A stretch of DNA of 32,000 nt. Origin: Candidatus Nanosynbacter sp. BB002. GTDB lineage: Bacteria; Patescibacteriota; Saccharimonadia; Saccharimonadales; Saccharimonadaceae. The stretch is taken from assembly GCF_037013405.1 (NCBI RefSeq), contig NZ_CP146064.1:210001-242000 (forward strand), in the 5' to 3' direction. Made by a program: the position numbers and the translations under genes. Below are positions 31,677-32,000 of the stretch, in pieces. Each line of letters begins with the position of its first letter. Within the stretch, counting starts at the first letter, position 1. The notes under the pieces were generated by a model. The model had not been told where the DNA came from and did no database searches. It saw nothing but the letters and a program-made list of their open reading frames with translations.

Positions 31677-32000
31677 TTACAATTGGCTAGCGATGCGGCT
31701 GAGGGTTTTGTCTTTGCCAAACAATGCCAGCGTGTCGTTGAGCTGTGGACTGAAAGGTGCCCATGTCGTGACGATGCGAATGAGACTGAACAGTACGCCA
31801 GGCTTTTGACCAGTGATTTCTAGTAGCTGGTTTAGCGTTTCTTGGATGGTTTCAGGGCTCCAGTCGGCCAACTCTGCCAGCTTGTCATGTGCGGTTTGCA
31901 GTAGCGCGTGAATTTCACCATCAGATAATTTTTTCAGCTGCTTATTACTGGTGATCAGTTCCCAGTTGACTTCTGGCTCTTCAAAGAAAAAGTGACTCAT
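31677..32000 (-). CDS. gltX: glutamate--tRNA ligase, C-terminal anticodon-binding part (5-prime end outside window)
   Basis: C-terminal pattern ...GQKPGVLFSLIRIVTTWAPFSPQLNDTLALFGKDKTLSRI matches the GluRS tail (k.g.lf.plR.A.tG...sP.l...l..lGk...l.Ri). The ORF runs to the window edge. Confidence 0.55.
   Translation of the reverse strand: MSHFFFEEPEVNWELITSNKQLKKLSDGEIHALLQTAHDKLAELADWSPETIQETLNQLLEITGQKPGVLFSLIRIVTTWAPFSPQLNDTLALFGKDKTLSRIASQL

Noticed and set aside
1-32000. Search for tRNA, rRNA, CRISPR arrays, transposase/integrase genes and reverse transcriptases.
   Set aside because: All intergenic stretches over 60 nt were read. No cloverleaf-compatible sequence, no regularly spaced direct repeats and no recombinase or RT motifs were seen. 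The only mobile-element-like traces are the repeat-bounded island at 6879-8832 and the inverted-repeat-bounded spacer at 17702-17920.

Overview
The window reads as a chromosomal segment from a small-genome, CPR/Patescibacteria-type bacterium. Saccharibacteria/TM7 fits best, but that is an inference from gene content and architecture; no search was possible. The standard genetic code applies, since TGA is used as a stop. Genes are tightly packed and mostly on the + strand. In order: a methyltransferase fragment, a membrane-anchored protein, a minimal histidine kinase, a receiver and recO chained by ATGA overlaps, glyQS, and an AT-rich islet with a SAP-domain gene. Then come a NUDIX hydrolase, a class I amidotransferase and a membrane protein. 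Next is a small island (restriction-modification remnant plus CPBP protease) bounded by duplicated promoter and 5-prime-CDS segments. After that: an SDR, a YvcK-like protein, a 567-aa protein with a divergent RelA/SpoT-like synthetase signature, rnhA, two small overlapping ORFs, an unknown 325-aa protein coupled to a Pif1-type helicase, and a GH1 glycosidase. A reduced dcw cluster follows (mraZ, rsmH, ftsL-like, ftsI, mraY, ftsW, murG, ftsQ-like), then a 0.9 kb AT-rich ORF-free stretch and a nucleoside 2-deoxyribosyltransferase-like gene. On the - strand are a sigma-region-4/HARE-HTH protein and an 880-aa VirD4/TraD-like ATPase. The window ends with a WhiB-like gene and the 3-prime end of gltX. 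I found no rRNA, tRNA or CRISPR array. The strongest window-wide signal is that first genes of transcription units carry a (TGn)TATAAT box 6-12 nt from the start codon, which implies leaderless or near-leaderless mRNAs, whereas internal operon genes carry Shine-Dalgarno sites. The best candidates for undescribed systems are the unknown-protein/Pif1-HTH pair (13286-15786), the divergent RSH-like protein (10580-12283), the HARE-HTH/coupling-ATPase operon (27024-30759), the ORF-free promoter-bearing region (25537-26438) and the WhiB-like gene. All family assignments come from motif recognition by eye and need HMM or structure confirmation.
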